From the IMG/VR virus record IMGVR_UViG_3300035034_001226, positions 22,721 to 86,720 of that record: DNA of 64,000 nucleotides; one strand, 5' to 3'. The notes beneath the pieces were generated by a model. The model was not told the origin of the DNA. It ran no database searches and saw nothing but the letters and a program-made list of their open reading frames with translations. This document shows, piece by piece, positions 39,233 through 47,513 of the stretch (the first letter of the stretch is position 1; every line of letters starts with the position of its first letter). This stretch comes from a virus. A program made the translations under genes and the position numbers.

Positions 39233-39663
39233 GATAAGTATCCTTTAACTACCTGAGATGCCACCTTACCGTCATACTGTCCACTGTAGTTAGTCTTTAA
39301 ATGACCCATAGCTTCACCCATATTAGATGGATTCAACGCTGATACAATCTCCAGTAACTTCTGTTCAGTAAGTTGAGCAGGTACATACTTTTCAAGTATT
39401 GCCATTTCAAACTTAATAGCATCAATCTGAACGGTTGATGTTACATTATCTAAATTAGTATCAAGATTAGAAATAAACTTCTTGACGGTTGATACAACTA
39501 ATTCATCAGTAATTGCTGTACCATTTTTTTTAGATATTAACTCAAGTTCACCATATAAAGTCGTATATACCTTGACGGCTTCACTATTACGTTCCTTTCT
39601 AGCAGTTAACATATCTGCTTTTATTGTATCTAGTAAATCAGACACTGTTGTTGTAACTAACAT
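39229..39663 (-). CDS. yqeY: GatB/YqeY domain protein
   Basis: IKADMLTARKER...EMAILEKYVPAQL...MGEAMGHLK...YDGKVAS. Confidence 0.85.
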   Translation of the reverse strand: MLVTTTVSDLLDTIKADMLTARKERNSEAVKVYTTLYGELELISKKNGTAITDELVVSTVKKFISNLDTNLDNVTSTVQIDAIKFEMAILEKYVPAQLTEQKLLEIVSALNPSNMGEAMGHLKTNYSGQYDGKVASQVVKGYLS

Positions 39664-39741
39664 TTTACTTCTCCTATGGTTTTTTCAATGTTGTATAATA
39701 TCAAATCCTATGGTATAATGCAACCAAAATAAGGATATAAT

Positions 39742-40362
39742 ATGAGTATTAAAGATAAAACAGTCATTCCAAACAAATATCATTTCTTTTGGGGTGGGAA
39801 TTATTCTCAATGGGTTCCAGCAGAATTTTCATTTCATGATGTAGATTTTAATACGGCTGAACAATTTATGATGTTGGGTAAGGCAATAGTTTCGGAAGAT
39901 TATGAAACTGCTAATAAAATTATGAAAAGTGATGATCCTAGTGTTCAAAAGAAATTGGGTCGATCAGTAAAAAACTTTGATGAATCTAAGTGGGATTTAT
40001 ATAAGTATGAAATTGTATTACTTGGTAATTTTTTAAAATCAACACAAGTTAATGAATATGCTGAACTTGTCCCTATGGATAGTGATGTTGATTTGTTTGT
40101 TGAGGCTAGTCCATATGATAAGGTCTGGGGAATTAAGATGGGTGTGAGTGACCCTGATCATACTGACCCTAAAAAATGGAAGGGTGAAAATCTATTAGGT
40201 TATGTAATAACTGATATTAGGGATTTATTAGTATTTGGCTCAGTAGATTCAAATCTTGATGATATATCCATAATGAGAAAGTTAGATACATGGTCTGAAG
40301 TTATGAGAAAGGGAATCGACAATTGGGTTCACTATAACATAATGAATCCAACTGACATATAA
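39742..40362 (+). CDS. NADAR (YbiA/DUF1768) family protein
   Basis: YSQW, TAEQFMM..KA, QKKLGRSV, VEASPYDKVWGI, GENLLG. Confidence 0.9.
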   Translation: MSIKDKTVIPNKYHFFWGGNYSQWVPAEFSFHDVDFNTAEQFMMLGKAIVSEDYETANKIMKSDDPSVQKKLGRSVKNFDESKWDLYKYEIVLLGNFLKSTQVNEYAELVPMDSDVDLFVEASPYDKVWGIKMGVSDPDHTDPKKWKGENLLGYVITDIRDLLVFGSVDSNLDDISIMRKLDTWSEVMRKGIDNWVHYNIMNPTDI

Positions 40363-40439
40363 TCCGACCGAGTTTAGGGGCTACTCCCCCAACCACCTTA
40401 TAGACGGTGGCTTCCGGTAACCTTAATATCATCATACTG

Positions 40440-40871
40440 TTATATACCACTTCCTCTATTCATTATAATATAGTGGATAATATCACTCTGTATTGACATA
40501 AGTTTAGCTTTTTCAAGAAACAATCCTGTGATGTCAATTGATTTACCAAGGGCTTGGATGTCTGATGACTTTATAGATTCTCTAATTGTAGAAGCAATAT
40601 CACTAAAATCTAGAACATCAGCATTTAATTCACGAATATTATACTCAATACTATCAATTTCTTCAATATTATTGGATAACTCTGCTTCAAGTTCACTTAA
40701 TGTTAGGCTCCGATATCTTTCATTTTTTGCATTAACAATATCATCATATGCAGTCTTCCTACATTTACCCCAATTATCTTTATCCACATCTGTCATATTT
40801 TTATATGATGGTAATTCTGTCAATTCACTACCATGACACGCGGGACAGTTAACTCTTTCACAATTATACAT
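40440..40871 (-). CDS. Hypothetical protein
   Basis: 143 aa with CPAC. Confidence 0.6.
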   Translation of the reverse strand: MYNCERVNCPACHGSELTELPSYKNMTDVDKDNWGKCRKTAYDDIVNAKNERYRSLTLSELEAELSNNIEEIDSIEYNIRELNADVLDFSDIASTIRESIKSSDIQALGKSIDITGLFLEKAKLMSIQSDIIHYIIMNRGSGI

Positions 40872-40897
40872 ATTATTTCCATTATTTTAGTTAAATT

Positions 40898-41050
40898 TGG
40901 TAGTAATGGGATGCTTGCAACACACCGACCTCCACCTCGTGGTGACGCTCTCTTCAGTTTTCTGTTGCAGTTTCTCGCTATTCAGGGTCATGACTCCCCT
41001 ACTCACTTAGCTGCTCAATCCCCCTACAATTGCTTCTGATCTACATTACC
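40898..41050 (-). ncRNA. 153-nt tRNA-like RNA with expanded central domain
   Basis: GGTAATG/CATTACT acceptor plus ACCA, T8A9 and GATC/GATT D stem, T-like arm. Confidence 0.6.
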
Positions 41051-41068
41051 CCACGCCTGTGGCGTGGT

Positions 41069-41160
41069 TGGTGGTAGGTGTGGGATTCGAACCCACGAAC
41101 CGGCTTTCGCCGGTTAACTCCTTAGCAGGGAGCCGATTTCAGCCTCTCATCCAACCTACC
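41069..41160 (-). tRNA. tRNA-Ser (GCU)
   Basis: CTCC-CTGCTAA-GGAG, long variable arm. Confidence 0.9.
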
Positions 41161-41163
41161 ATA

Positions 41164-41514
41164 TTATATTCTTTCAATAAAAATTTCTTCTAAATGTCTA
41201 GATTCATCATTATTATACAAATCCGCAACCTCTTTACGTAAATGTATTCGTAATACTAAATCCTTTTTAGTTGCGGTTATACCATAGAATCCTTTACTGG
41301 TTTCATCTGGTCTTAAACGTCTACCCCTGACAAACTTAATCTTAACCGCACTATACTCTGGATACTGTTCAGCAATTAGTTTTGCTAATGATTCCGAGAA
41401 TGTAATACGATGTAAAGTGTTTGTTGTGGGGTTTATGATTGCCCATGCTGACTCACTAGCCTTACATGATTGGCAAAAACTTGGTGCTTGTTCTTCGTTC
41501 TAACTGTTGGTCAT
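41164..41514 (-). pseudogene. Hypothetical gene with TAG at codon 5
   Basis: AGGAG RBS, ATG ACC AAC AGT TAG, then 111 sense codons to TAA. Confidence 0.7.
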
Positions 41515-41586
41515 TTTATTTCTCCTATTTATGAAATGTACTATACCAATATTTATTATAGAAGTCAAACAATATTCTTTCCATTA

Positions 41587-41805
41587 TTAATAACCTTCAG
41601 GTCTTGCTGGTATCTCTTGCCCTACATCATACTGCCAATGTGTAACATCGCCAGTTAGAAAACCTCTGTTGCCACCAAAACAGTTGCCACCATAGTATTG
41701 CCCTTTACTTACACCTGTAAATTCAAAGAAGTAAAACACATCTGAATCAACTTCAGGTAGGTTTTTTTCGTCATACATATTAAATACATTCCAATTATCT
41801 GCCAT
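41587..41805 (-). CDS. Hypothetical protein (DUF551-like)
   Basis: LP...DVTHWQY pattern. Confidence 0.55.
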   Translation of the reverse strand: MADNWNVFNMYDEKNLPEVDSDVFYFFEFTGVSKGQYYGGNCFGGNRGFLTGDVTHWQYDVGQEIPARPEGY

Positions 41806-41830
41806 ATTTTACCCCATAAATTATATTGTT

Positions 41831-41906
41831 TGGTATCCCTACACGGACTTGAACCGAGATTTTAACCTTGAAAGGGTTACGTCCTAACCAATTAGACGAT
41901 AGGGAC
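41831..41906 (-). tRNA. tRNA-Glu (UUC)
   Basis: TAACC-CTTTCAA-GGTTA. Confidence 0.9.
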
Positions 41907-41939
41907 ATTGAATGTTTATTTATTACTAGGAGGGTTAAT

Positions 41940-42790
41940 AATAAACGCTGAGATTATACGTTTTAGTAGTGACCTTTAATTCCCGTACCATATCCCTTGC
42001 GAGGATAGTTAAGAACTTATCCATATAAACGCTATTAAGCTGCCTATATATTCACTAATGCTGCCTTGTTAAAGTGTGGCGTTTCACTTGTCATAACATA
42101 CTACTCGTCCAGTCTTATTACGTCTGGTCACCCAGTTAAACTCCGCTAAAAGTCTACGTACTCTTTCTAAACAAATATCATCAGCTTGCGGCCTTTGACA
42201 CACTCCATTCCAAATGGTGGAGTATTAAGCATTTTTAGTATGCTACCGGAATGGTCTTTGCGTTTTAATCAATAGTAGGACTTGAACCTACATACGATTC
42301 CTTTTGAGGGAATTGCCTAATCCAATTTGGCTATATTGTAACCTACTAAGATGTGCCATTCCTGTCGCTACATATCTTGTTAGATACGTAATACAACACA
42401 CCTCCTATCTTTCGTCTTGCGAACTACTCGATATCCTTTCACGATTATGGCTCTTACACCAATATCGTTCAAAATGATAGCTGCCCTTTCCTGCGAAAGA
42501 TCGGACTAATCCATCTACACATTAGAATCCCACTATGGTTAGGTTGATTTGTTCAGCTTGGCTATCACACCAATTCATGTCTCGCGGAGCCGTCTGACAC
42601 TATCCTTTCGGACTAAAACCCTAACTTACAGTTTATCGCTGCCTTAACAACGCGGCTAACTTAGAACCGAAGTTCATATTGCCTATCCTGTGCTTGCATA
42701 TATAGACCCTTACGGGTGATGGCGTGTAGGACGCTCATCTTTTTAAGTGTTACCACTTATTGTCTTATTGAGGATATGCCCCCAAATTCT
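41940..42790 (-). ncRNA. Large ornate RNA, GOLLD-like, with embedded tRNA-like domain
   Basis: ~850 nt without ORF between tRNA genes; many GNRA/UUCG hairpins; promoter at 42835-42862. Confidence 0.65.
42267..42341 (-). tRNA. tRNA-like domain (CAA anticodon) inside the large RNA
   Basis: ATTCC-CTCAAAA-GGAAT arm, GTAGG-TTCAAGT-CCTAC; 5-bp acceptor, no CCA. Confidence 0.6.
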
Positions 42791-42834
42791 CATGTTACAT
42801 AAATGTTATTATTTATGTCTTAAAACTTGCGATT

Positions 42835-42862
42835 ATTATATCATAAAATGTTTTATTGTCAA
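42835..42862 (-). promoter_or_regulatory. sigma70-like promoter
   Basis: TTGACA-16-TATAAT. Confidence 0.7.
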
Positions 42863-42888
42863 CTATTTTTTTTTGAAATAATTTTACT

Positions 42889-42965
42889 TGGTGGACGTGG
42901 TAGGATTTGAACCTACGGATACCTCCTTATCAGAGAGGCTGCTTAGACCACTTGCATACACGTCC
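42889..42965 (-). tRNA. tRNA-Ile (GAU)
   Basis: CCTCT-CTGATAA-GGAGG. Confidence 0.9.
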
Positions 42966-42977
42966 ATAATTTATTAA

Positions 42978-43047
42978 CCTATATTGCAAGATTCGAACTT
43001 GCGTCTGTGGGTTCGTCCACTGTTCTATCCACTGAACTATTTATAGG
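42978..43047 (-). pseudogene. tRNA-Arg(ACG)-like pseudo-tRNA with shortened anticodon loop
   Basis: D and T arms intact; GTGG-ACGAAC-CCAC; no CCA. Confidence 0.6.
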
Positions 43048-43049
43048 GT

Positions 43050-43184
43050 TGGGTATGGTCACTACTCCATAATCTTCCAGATGTTACTCCGGTGCTTTCT
43101 CAATCAATGTATTAGTGATATAACTATTTCGAAGTTCATTATACCACCTCAATCAATCTACATAGTGAATCTTTAAGCTACCTC
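43050..43184 (-). ncRNA. Unknown RNA motif, copy 1
   Basis: Three sequence blocks shared with 58891-59059. Confidence 0.6.
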
Positions 43185-43187
43185 AAA

Positions 43188-43463
43188 TTATTCTTTTAAT
43201 CTATTATTTAATCTATTATTTAATCTATCATTAAACCTCTGTAAATGTTCTGAAGTTAGTTCCATTTCTAAGGTTAATTGCTCTAATAATAAATTAGTTT
43301 TATGTAATAGATATTCTGTACTTTCTTTATCAAGATTAGGATTTTTTTCCATCTCATCCAATTCTTCAATTATTTCACTCTTACGAGTATTGCATTTTTC
43401 TATATTATGTTTGATAGTATCATAATATACTTCTTCTAAATTGTCAAATATTTCATGTTCCAT
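43188..43463 (-). CDS. Hypothetical coiled-coil protein
   Basis: 91 aa; 12-bp repeat x3 at C-terminus. Confidence 0.55.
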   Translation of the reverse strand: MEHEIFDNLEEVYYDTIKHNIEKCNTRKSEIIEELDEMEKNPNLDKESTEYLLHKTNLLLEQLTLEMELTSEHLQRFNDRLNNRLNNRLKE

Positions 43464-43479
43464 TTTAGTTACCTATTAT

Positions 43480-43557
43480 TGGGGTGGTGGGGGGAACTCG
43501 AATCCCCATCTTCTTCGTTCACAGCAAAGAGCTTTACCTAATTAAGCTAACACCACC
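43480..43557 (-). tRNA. tRNA-His (GUG)
   Basis: G-1:C73, CTTTG-CTGTGAA-CGAAG. Confidence 0.88.
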
Positions 43558-43602
43558 ATCTCATCTATCAATTTAATCGTCATCACGTGGATATACATAC
43601 CA

Positions 43603-43848
43603 TCAGTCATTATCTTCTACAATATTATAATATAATTCAACTTTCACAATCTTTGGTACGATCAACGTTCCATCATCAGAGTATAATTGACTGAAATCCC
43701 ATTCATCAATGTTTGGTAGTGTTTTAAACATTCGTGCCTTGTTTATATCACTAGTCCATAACCCCTCTGCATATGGGTGGCTACTCTGATGTTTCTGATG
43801 ATATCCTAATTCACATTCAATAAGATAAACTTCTTTTAATTTTTCCAT
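43603..43848 (-). CDS. Hypothetical protein
   Basis: 81 aa with RBS. Confidence 0.55.
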   Translation of the reverse strand: MEKLKEVYLIECELGYHQKHQSSHPYAEGLWTSDINKARMFKTLPNIDEWDFSQLYSDDGTLIVPKIVKVELYYNIVEDND

Positions 43849-43861
43849 TATTATTCCAATT

Positions 43862-43938
43862 TGGAGACTCCGCTCGGACTTGAACCGAGATAACCCAACT
43901 TAACAGGATGGTGCTCTTACCAATTGAGCTACAGAGTC
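43862..43938 (-). tRNA. tRNA-Asn (GUU), U73
   Basis: CCATC-CTGTTAA-GTTGG. Confidence 0.85.
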
Positions 43939-43951
43939 AGATTTTGCATAT

Positions 43952-44028
43952 TGGTAGGAGCCGTGAGACTTGAACTCACTATCTTTCGCTTATAAGACGA
44001 ATGCATTTACCTGTTATGCTACGCTCCC
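43952..44028 (-). tRNA. tRNA-Ile (UAU)
   Basis: TTCGT-CTTATAA-GCGAA, A73, CCA. Confidence 0.88.
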
Positions 44029-44062
44029 ATTATAGAAGCTACGTATTTCACTTTCTAACATT

Positions 44063-44443
44063 TTATTCTCCGTATTTTGCTTTCAGTTCCAAATATTTCT
44101 TTTTAGCATTCTGAAATATTTGTTCCTCGTTTTTCTGCTTTTTCAATTTTCTAGTAGCTGCTGCCTTTTTTGATCGTTCACTATTTCGCTTGTTAGCAGC
44201 TTGACGTTTCTCATACTCTTTATCGGTTTCCATTCTTATGGCATAGCAATTTAATTCACCTTCATCATAATCATAAGATCGATAATTAAACATTACATCA
44301 TGATATCCCTGAGATTTTTCATAAATAACAGTGTCTTTAATCTTTGAAATAAATTCTTCTGATCTAAGATAACTAATATGATATAACTCAAATCCACTAA
44401 TCTCAACCCTTATTTCAATTTTATCTGTACTCTTCAAACTCAT
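44063..44443 (-). CDS. Hypothetical protein
   Basis: 126 aa. Confidence 0.6.
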   Translation of the reverse strand: MSLKSTDKIEIRVEISGFELYHISYLRSEEFISKIKDTVIYEKSQGYHDVMFNYRSYDYDEGELNCYAIRMETDKEYEKRQAANKRNSERSKKAAATRKLKKQKNEEQIFQNAKKKYLELKAKYGE

Positions 44444-44647
44444 ATCATTTCCTTTCCTATTAAATTAGTACCGCCAGTGAGTCAGAAACCTAGAATTTCT
44501 CATGTAAGTAGGGAATCGAACCCTATCGAACCCTAAATGGCTGTGCAACCAGTACACCACATAACACTTTGTCACTCACTAGCTAGCAACTCATTACCTT
44601 AACCTGCCAAGGATACACCTCATGGACGTATGATGGGGTCGAACCAT

Positions 44648-44911
44648 CTAATGAGTCGATTCTTCAATGATATCTACCATTGTCATTAAACCGTGGGGAT
44701 TATTACCTGCCACTGTCCAAGTACCTTTGATATCATTTAAATTCACTCTACCTGATAACTCATATGTCTTTCCATCATCGTACACAACTTTCATTGTACA
44801 TTTATGGTTATCAATCAGTTTCAAATCTTCAATTTCTACTGATACTGCTTCAATTTCTTTTGTTGGCACTCTTCTCTTGAACCAACTTGTTTTCCTAATC
44901 TCTAATTTCAT
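44648..44911 (-). CDS. Hypothetical protein
   Basis: 87 aa. Confidence 0.55.
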   Translation of the reverse strand: MKLEIRKTSWFKRRVPTKEIEAVSVEIEDLKLIDNHKCTMKVVYDDGKTYELSGRVNLNDIKGTWTVAGNNPHGLMTMVDIIEESTH

Positions 44912-44961
44912 GTTTCACATTATACATAGTAATTTTAATAATGCAACACTTTTTTATAAAA

Positions 44962-46227
44962 TTAATTACTCAATTCAATTAAATGTGAAATTGTGCACTG
45001 CTTACCATCATACACGATGTACTCATTATTACGTAGATCAGCACCACCTTCAGCAAACACACTATCATACCCCTCACGTTTCAAAACGCTCTTAGAGAGA
45101 GAATAACAGTCACGTGTGTGATGTTTAATACGCTTCCACTTACCAGTATGGACTTTAAATAATGCTAGGTATGCAGTATTGTCACTTCCACTCGCCCAAT
45201 ATGATCCACGTAGGGAAGTATATCCAATAGACTTCTGTGCCTTATCAGCAAAGTAGATACCATCACCAAACATAGAGCCAGTATATAAAGCACCCGCTGG
45301 ACGAATCATCAAACCAGTAGAAATAATATTCAACCAGTTTTGATTTCTTGAACCGTGAAAGAAATGTCTTACATGCTTATCATCAACCGATTTCAAATGG
45401 TTATCGAACTTCTTCTCAGTTGCCAAATGCTTTACAGTGAAAACTCTTTTGACTTGACCCTTGTTGCTACCCATCTTACTCACTGCAAAGTCATATTCTT
45501 CAGTTGATGCTGCTTCTATTTCTACACCCAACATTGTTAGAATGTCTTTATGATCAGATTTCACAGTATCATCGGTTTCATCATTAATCAAAACCTGTCC
45601 AGCCATTACATCTAATGTAGCCTGCTCTTCTGCAATTTGACTTTTAATATCATCTAATAATGCCTTATTAATTTTAGCATCCTTTTCAAATATATGATCC
45701 CTAACATCTTTCATTCGGCGTGGAATGATATGATATAGTTCAATCAATTGCTTATTAATATCATCAGTTTTCCTTCTAAGTTTTGCGGCATCTAAGATAC
45801 TATTAACCTTATCTTGGGCCTCATCAATCTGTGCTTGTGTAACTGATTTAGAACTTACTGAATAATTTTCCTGAATAGAGTTATTAGCAAAACGTTGTAA
45901 TATATCCATCAAGGATTTAACTTTACTGTCTTTAATATCTACAATGTTTGATGGTGTACTACTATCAGACTCTGCAAATAAATGGGTAACTTCAGTGTAA
46001 ATACTACCACTTTTACTCTTCTTAGACTTTATAACGGAATCCCATTTTGACATCGGATATTCTTTAATCTGTGGGGCACAATCTACTCTACCATATTCTG
46101 CAATGAATGTTGAATCATCCTGCTCATACATATTGTAGTATTTGTTGCTCTGTGCAGTTTTACCATCATCAATGGAAACACAAATTAACTTACATACTTT
46201 TTTGCCTTCTACTAATAACTCACTCAT
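44962..46227 (-). CDS. PARP-like ADP-ribosyltransferase: WGR, regulatory and catalytic domains
   Basis: NKYY...EYGRV (WGR); LYHIIPR (regulatory); FHGS, GSMFGDGIYFA, KSIGY, NNEYIVY (H-Y-E triad). Confidence 0.9.
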   Translation of the reverse strand: MSELLVEGKKVCKLICVSIDDGKTAQSNKYYNMYEQDDSTFIAEYGRVDCAPQIKEYPMSKWDSVIKSKKSKSGSIYTEVTHLFAESDSSTPSNIVDIKDSKVKSLMDILQRFANNSIQENYSVSSKSVTQAQIDEAQDKVNSILDAAKLRRKTDDINKQLIELYHIIPRRMKDVRDHIFEKDAKINKALLDDIKSQIAEEQATLDVMAGQVLINDETDDTVKSDHKDILTMLGVEIEAASTEEYDFAVSKMGSNKGQVKRVFTVKHLATEKKFDNHLKSVDDKHVRHFFHGSRNQNWLNIISTGLMIRPAGALYTGSMFGDGIYFADKAQKSIGYTSLRGSYWASGSDNTAYLALFKVHTGKWKRIKHHTRDCYSLSKSVLKREGYDSVFAEGGADLRNNEYIVYDGKQCTISHLIELSN

Positions 46228-46230
46228 AAT

Positions 46231-46836
46231 TTATCCCGTTGCTAGGCTGCTTCTGACATTATTATAGTTAACATGGAAAACATCAGCATGTGCCTGACGT
46301 GCCTGACCACGACTAATATCTTGTATAAAAAAGGCCATGTGTCCAGTTGATTGAGAAATTCTAGTTACATCTTCATCTAAACCAAAATCCAATAATTTTT
46401 TATAATCAGTAAACACATAGATATTATAACCTCTAGAATTTGTATATAATTTAGGATAATCAGCTACTGACATATTTTCCATTTTTGATATTTGTGCTCC
46501 TGTTAGTCCATCCCAACCATCACCTATTTCAAGTCCTATCTCACCATCATCATCAAGATCAGGATAATTATGATCAGTAGTAACTGATGCACTTGGTGAA
46601 GCTAATGTATAGATTCGATAATTTCCAGAATGTGGTTCTACTGTAAATTCAAGTGGCAATTCATCTGCGGCTTGTGCCATAAAATGTGAAACTTCATCTT
46701 GGTCAGCCTGATAATTAATTTGACGAAGAAGATTCTTTACTTCTAAAGTCGTAGTATTTGAATTTCGCTCTATTAATAATAGAGTGGCGTACTTTACTGC
46801 TAATGGTGTTAAATTGTTCATATTAAATTTCCTCAA
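46231..46836 (-). CDS. Hypothetical protein co-transcribed upstream of PARP
   Basis: TTTLEVKNLLR N-domain; 3-nt gap to PARP; promoter at 46846-46874. Confidence 0.7.
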   Translation of the reverse strand: MRKFNMNNLTPLAVKYATLLLIERNSNTTTLEVKNLLRQINYQADQDEVSHFMAQAADELPLEFTVEPHSGNYRIYTLASPSASVTTDHNYPDLDDDGEIGLEIGDGWDGLTGAQISKMENMSVADYPKLYTNSRGYNIYVFTDYKKLLDFGLDEDVTRISQSTGHMAFFIQDISRGQARQAHADVFHVNYNNVRSSLATG

Positions 46837-46882
46837 GTTGTAGATATAATACTACATGAATTTAAATATGTCAACTATTTTT

Positions 46883-46957
46883 TGGTGGAGCCAAAGGGAT
46901 TTGAACCCTTATCTTCTACGTGCAAGGCAGGAGTTCTTCCAATTGAACTATGGCCCC
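46883..46957 (-). tRNA. tRNA-Ala (UGC)
   Basis: G3-U70, CTTGCAC loop. Confidence 0.9.
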
Positions 46958-46964
46958 AAAAATT

Positions 46965-47039
46965 TGGCGAAACGAAAGAGATTTGAACTCTCACCACCTT
47001 CCGTGACAAGGAAGTGCTCTACCATTAAGCTACCGTTCC
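46965..47039 (-). tRNA. tRNA-Asp (GUC)
   Basis: CTTCC-TTGTCAC-GGAAG, G73. Confidence 0.9.
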
Positions 47040-47112
47040 TAACTTCGGCTTTATTCGATGGTCTTTCCCATCACCGCTCACAATGTAAGACGGAGGTTGC
47101 CGACATCCTATT

Positions 47113-47188
47113 TGGTGGGTCTAGAAGGCTTCGAACCTTCAACTTCTCGGTTAAGAGCCGAGTGCTCTGCCAGTTGAGCTATAGACCC
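47113..47188 (-). tRNA. tRNA-Lys (CUU)
   Basis: CTCGG-CTCTTAA-CCGAG. Confidence 0.92.
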
Positions 47189-47201
47189 AAAATTATCACA
47201 T

Positions 47202-47420
47202 TCAATTATCACTATCGACTATGAAACCCACACACAATCCATATATAACACCCCCACTATCAGTAACTTCAAAGTCAGCGTCATAATTCATTCTAGTTCG
47301 AACAAACTCTTCAAGTTCTACTAAACTACCAAACAATAAAATTGGTGGGTTACAACCATAGTCCTTATAATCGGTATCATTTATCCAGATACGTAACTTT
47401 CTTCTTCTAAATTTTATCAT
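47202..47420 (-). CDS. Hypothetical protein
   Basis: 72 aa with RBS. Confidence 0.55.
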   Translation of the reverse strand: MIKFRRRKLRIWINDTDYKDYGCNPPILLFGSLVELEEFVRTRMNYDADFEVTDSGGVIYGLCVGFIVDSDN

Positions 47421-47437
47421 ATATATCCACTATAATT

Positions 47438-47513
47438 TGGTGCACTTGGTAGGACTCGAACCTACACCTTCAAGCTTAGGAGGCTTGTGCCCTGTCCATT
47501 AGACTACAAGTGC
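47438..47513 (-). tRNA. tRNA-Arg (CCU)
   Basis: CAAGC-CTCCTAA-GCTTG. Confidence 0.92.

Noticed and set aside
40898-41050. RNase P RNA (GCGAGAAAC, GTAGGGGA and GCAACAGAAA look-alikes)
   Set aside because: Motifs are in the wrong order, the RNA is too short, and there is no P4 helix
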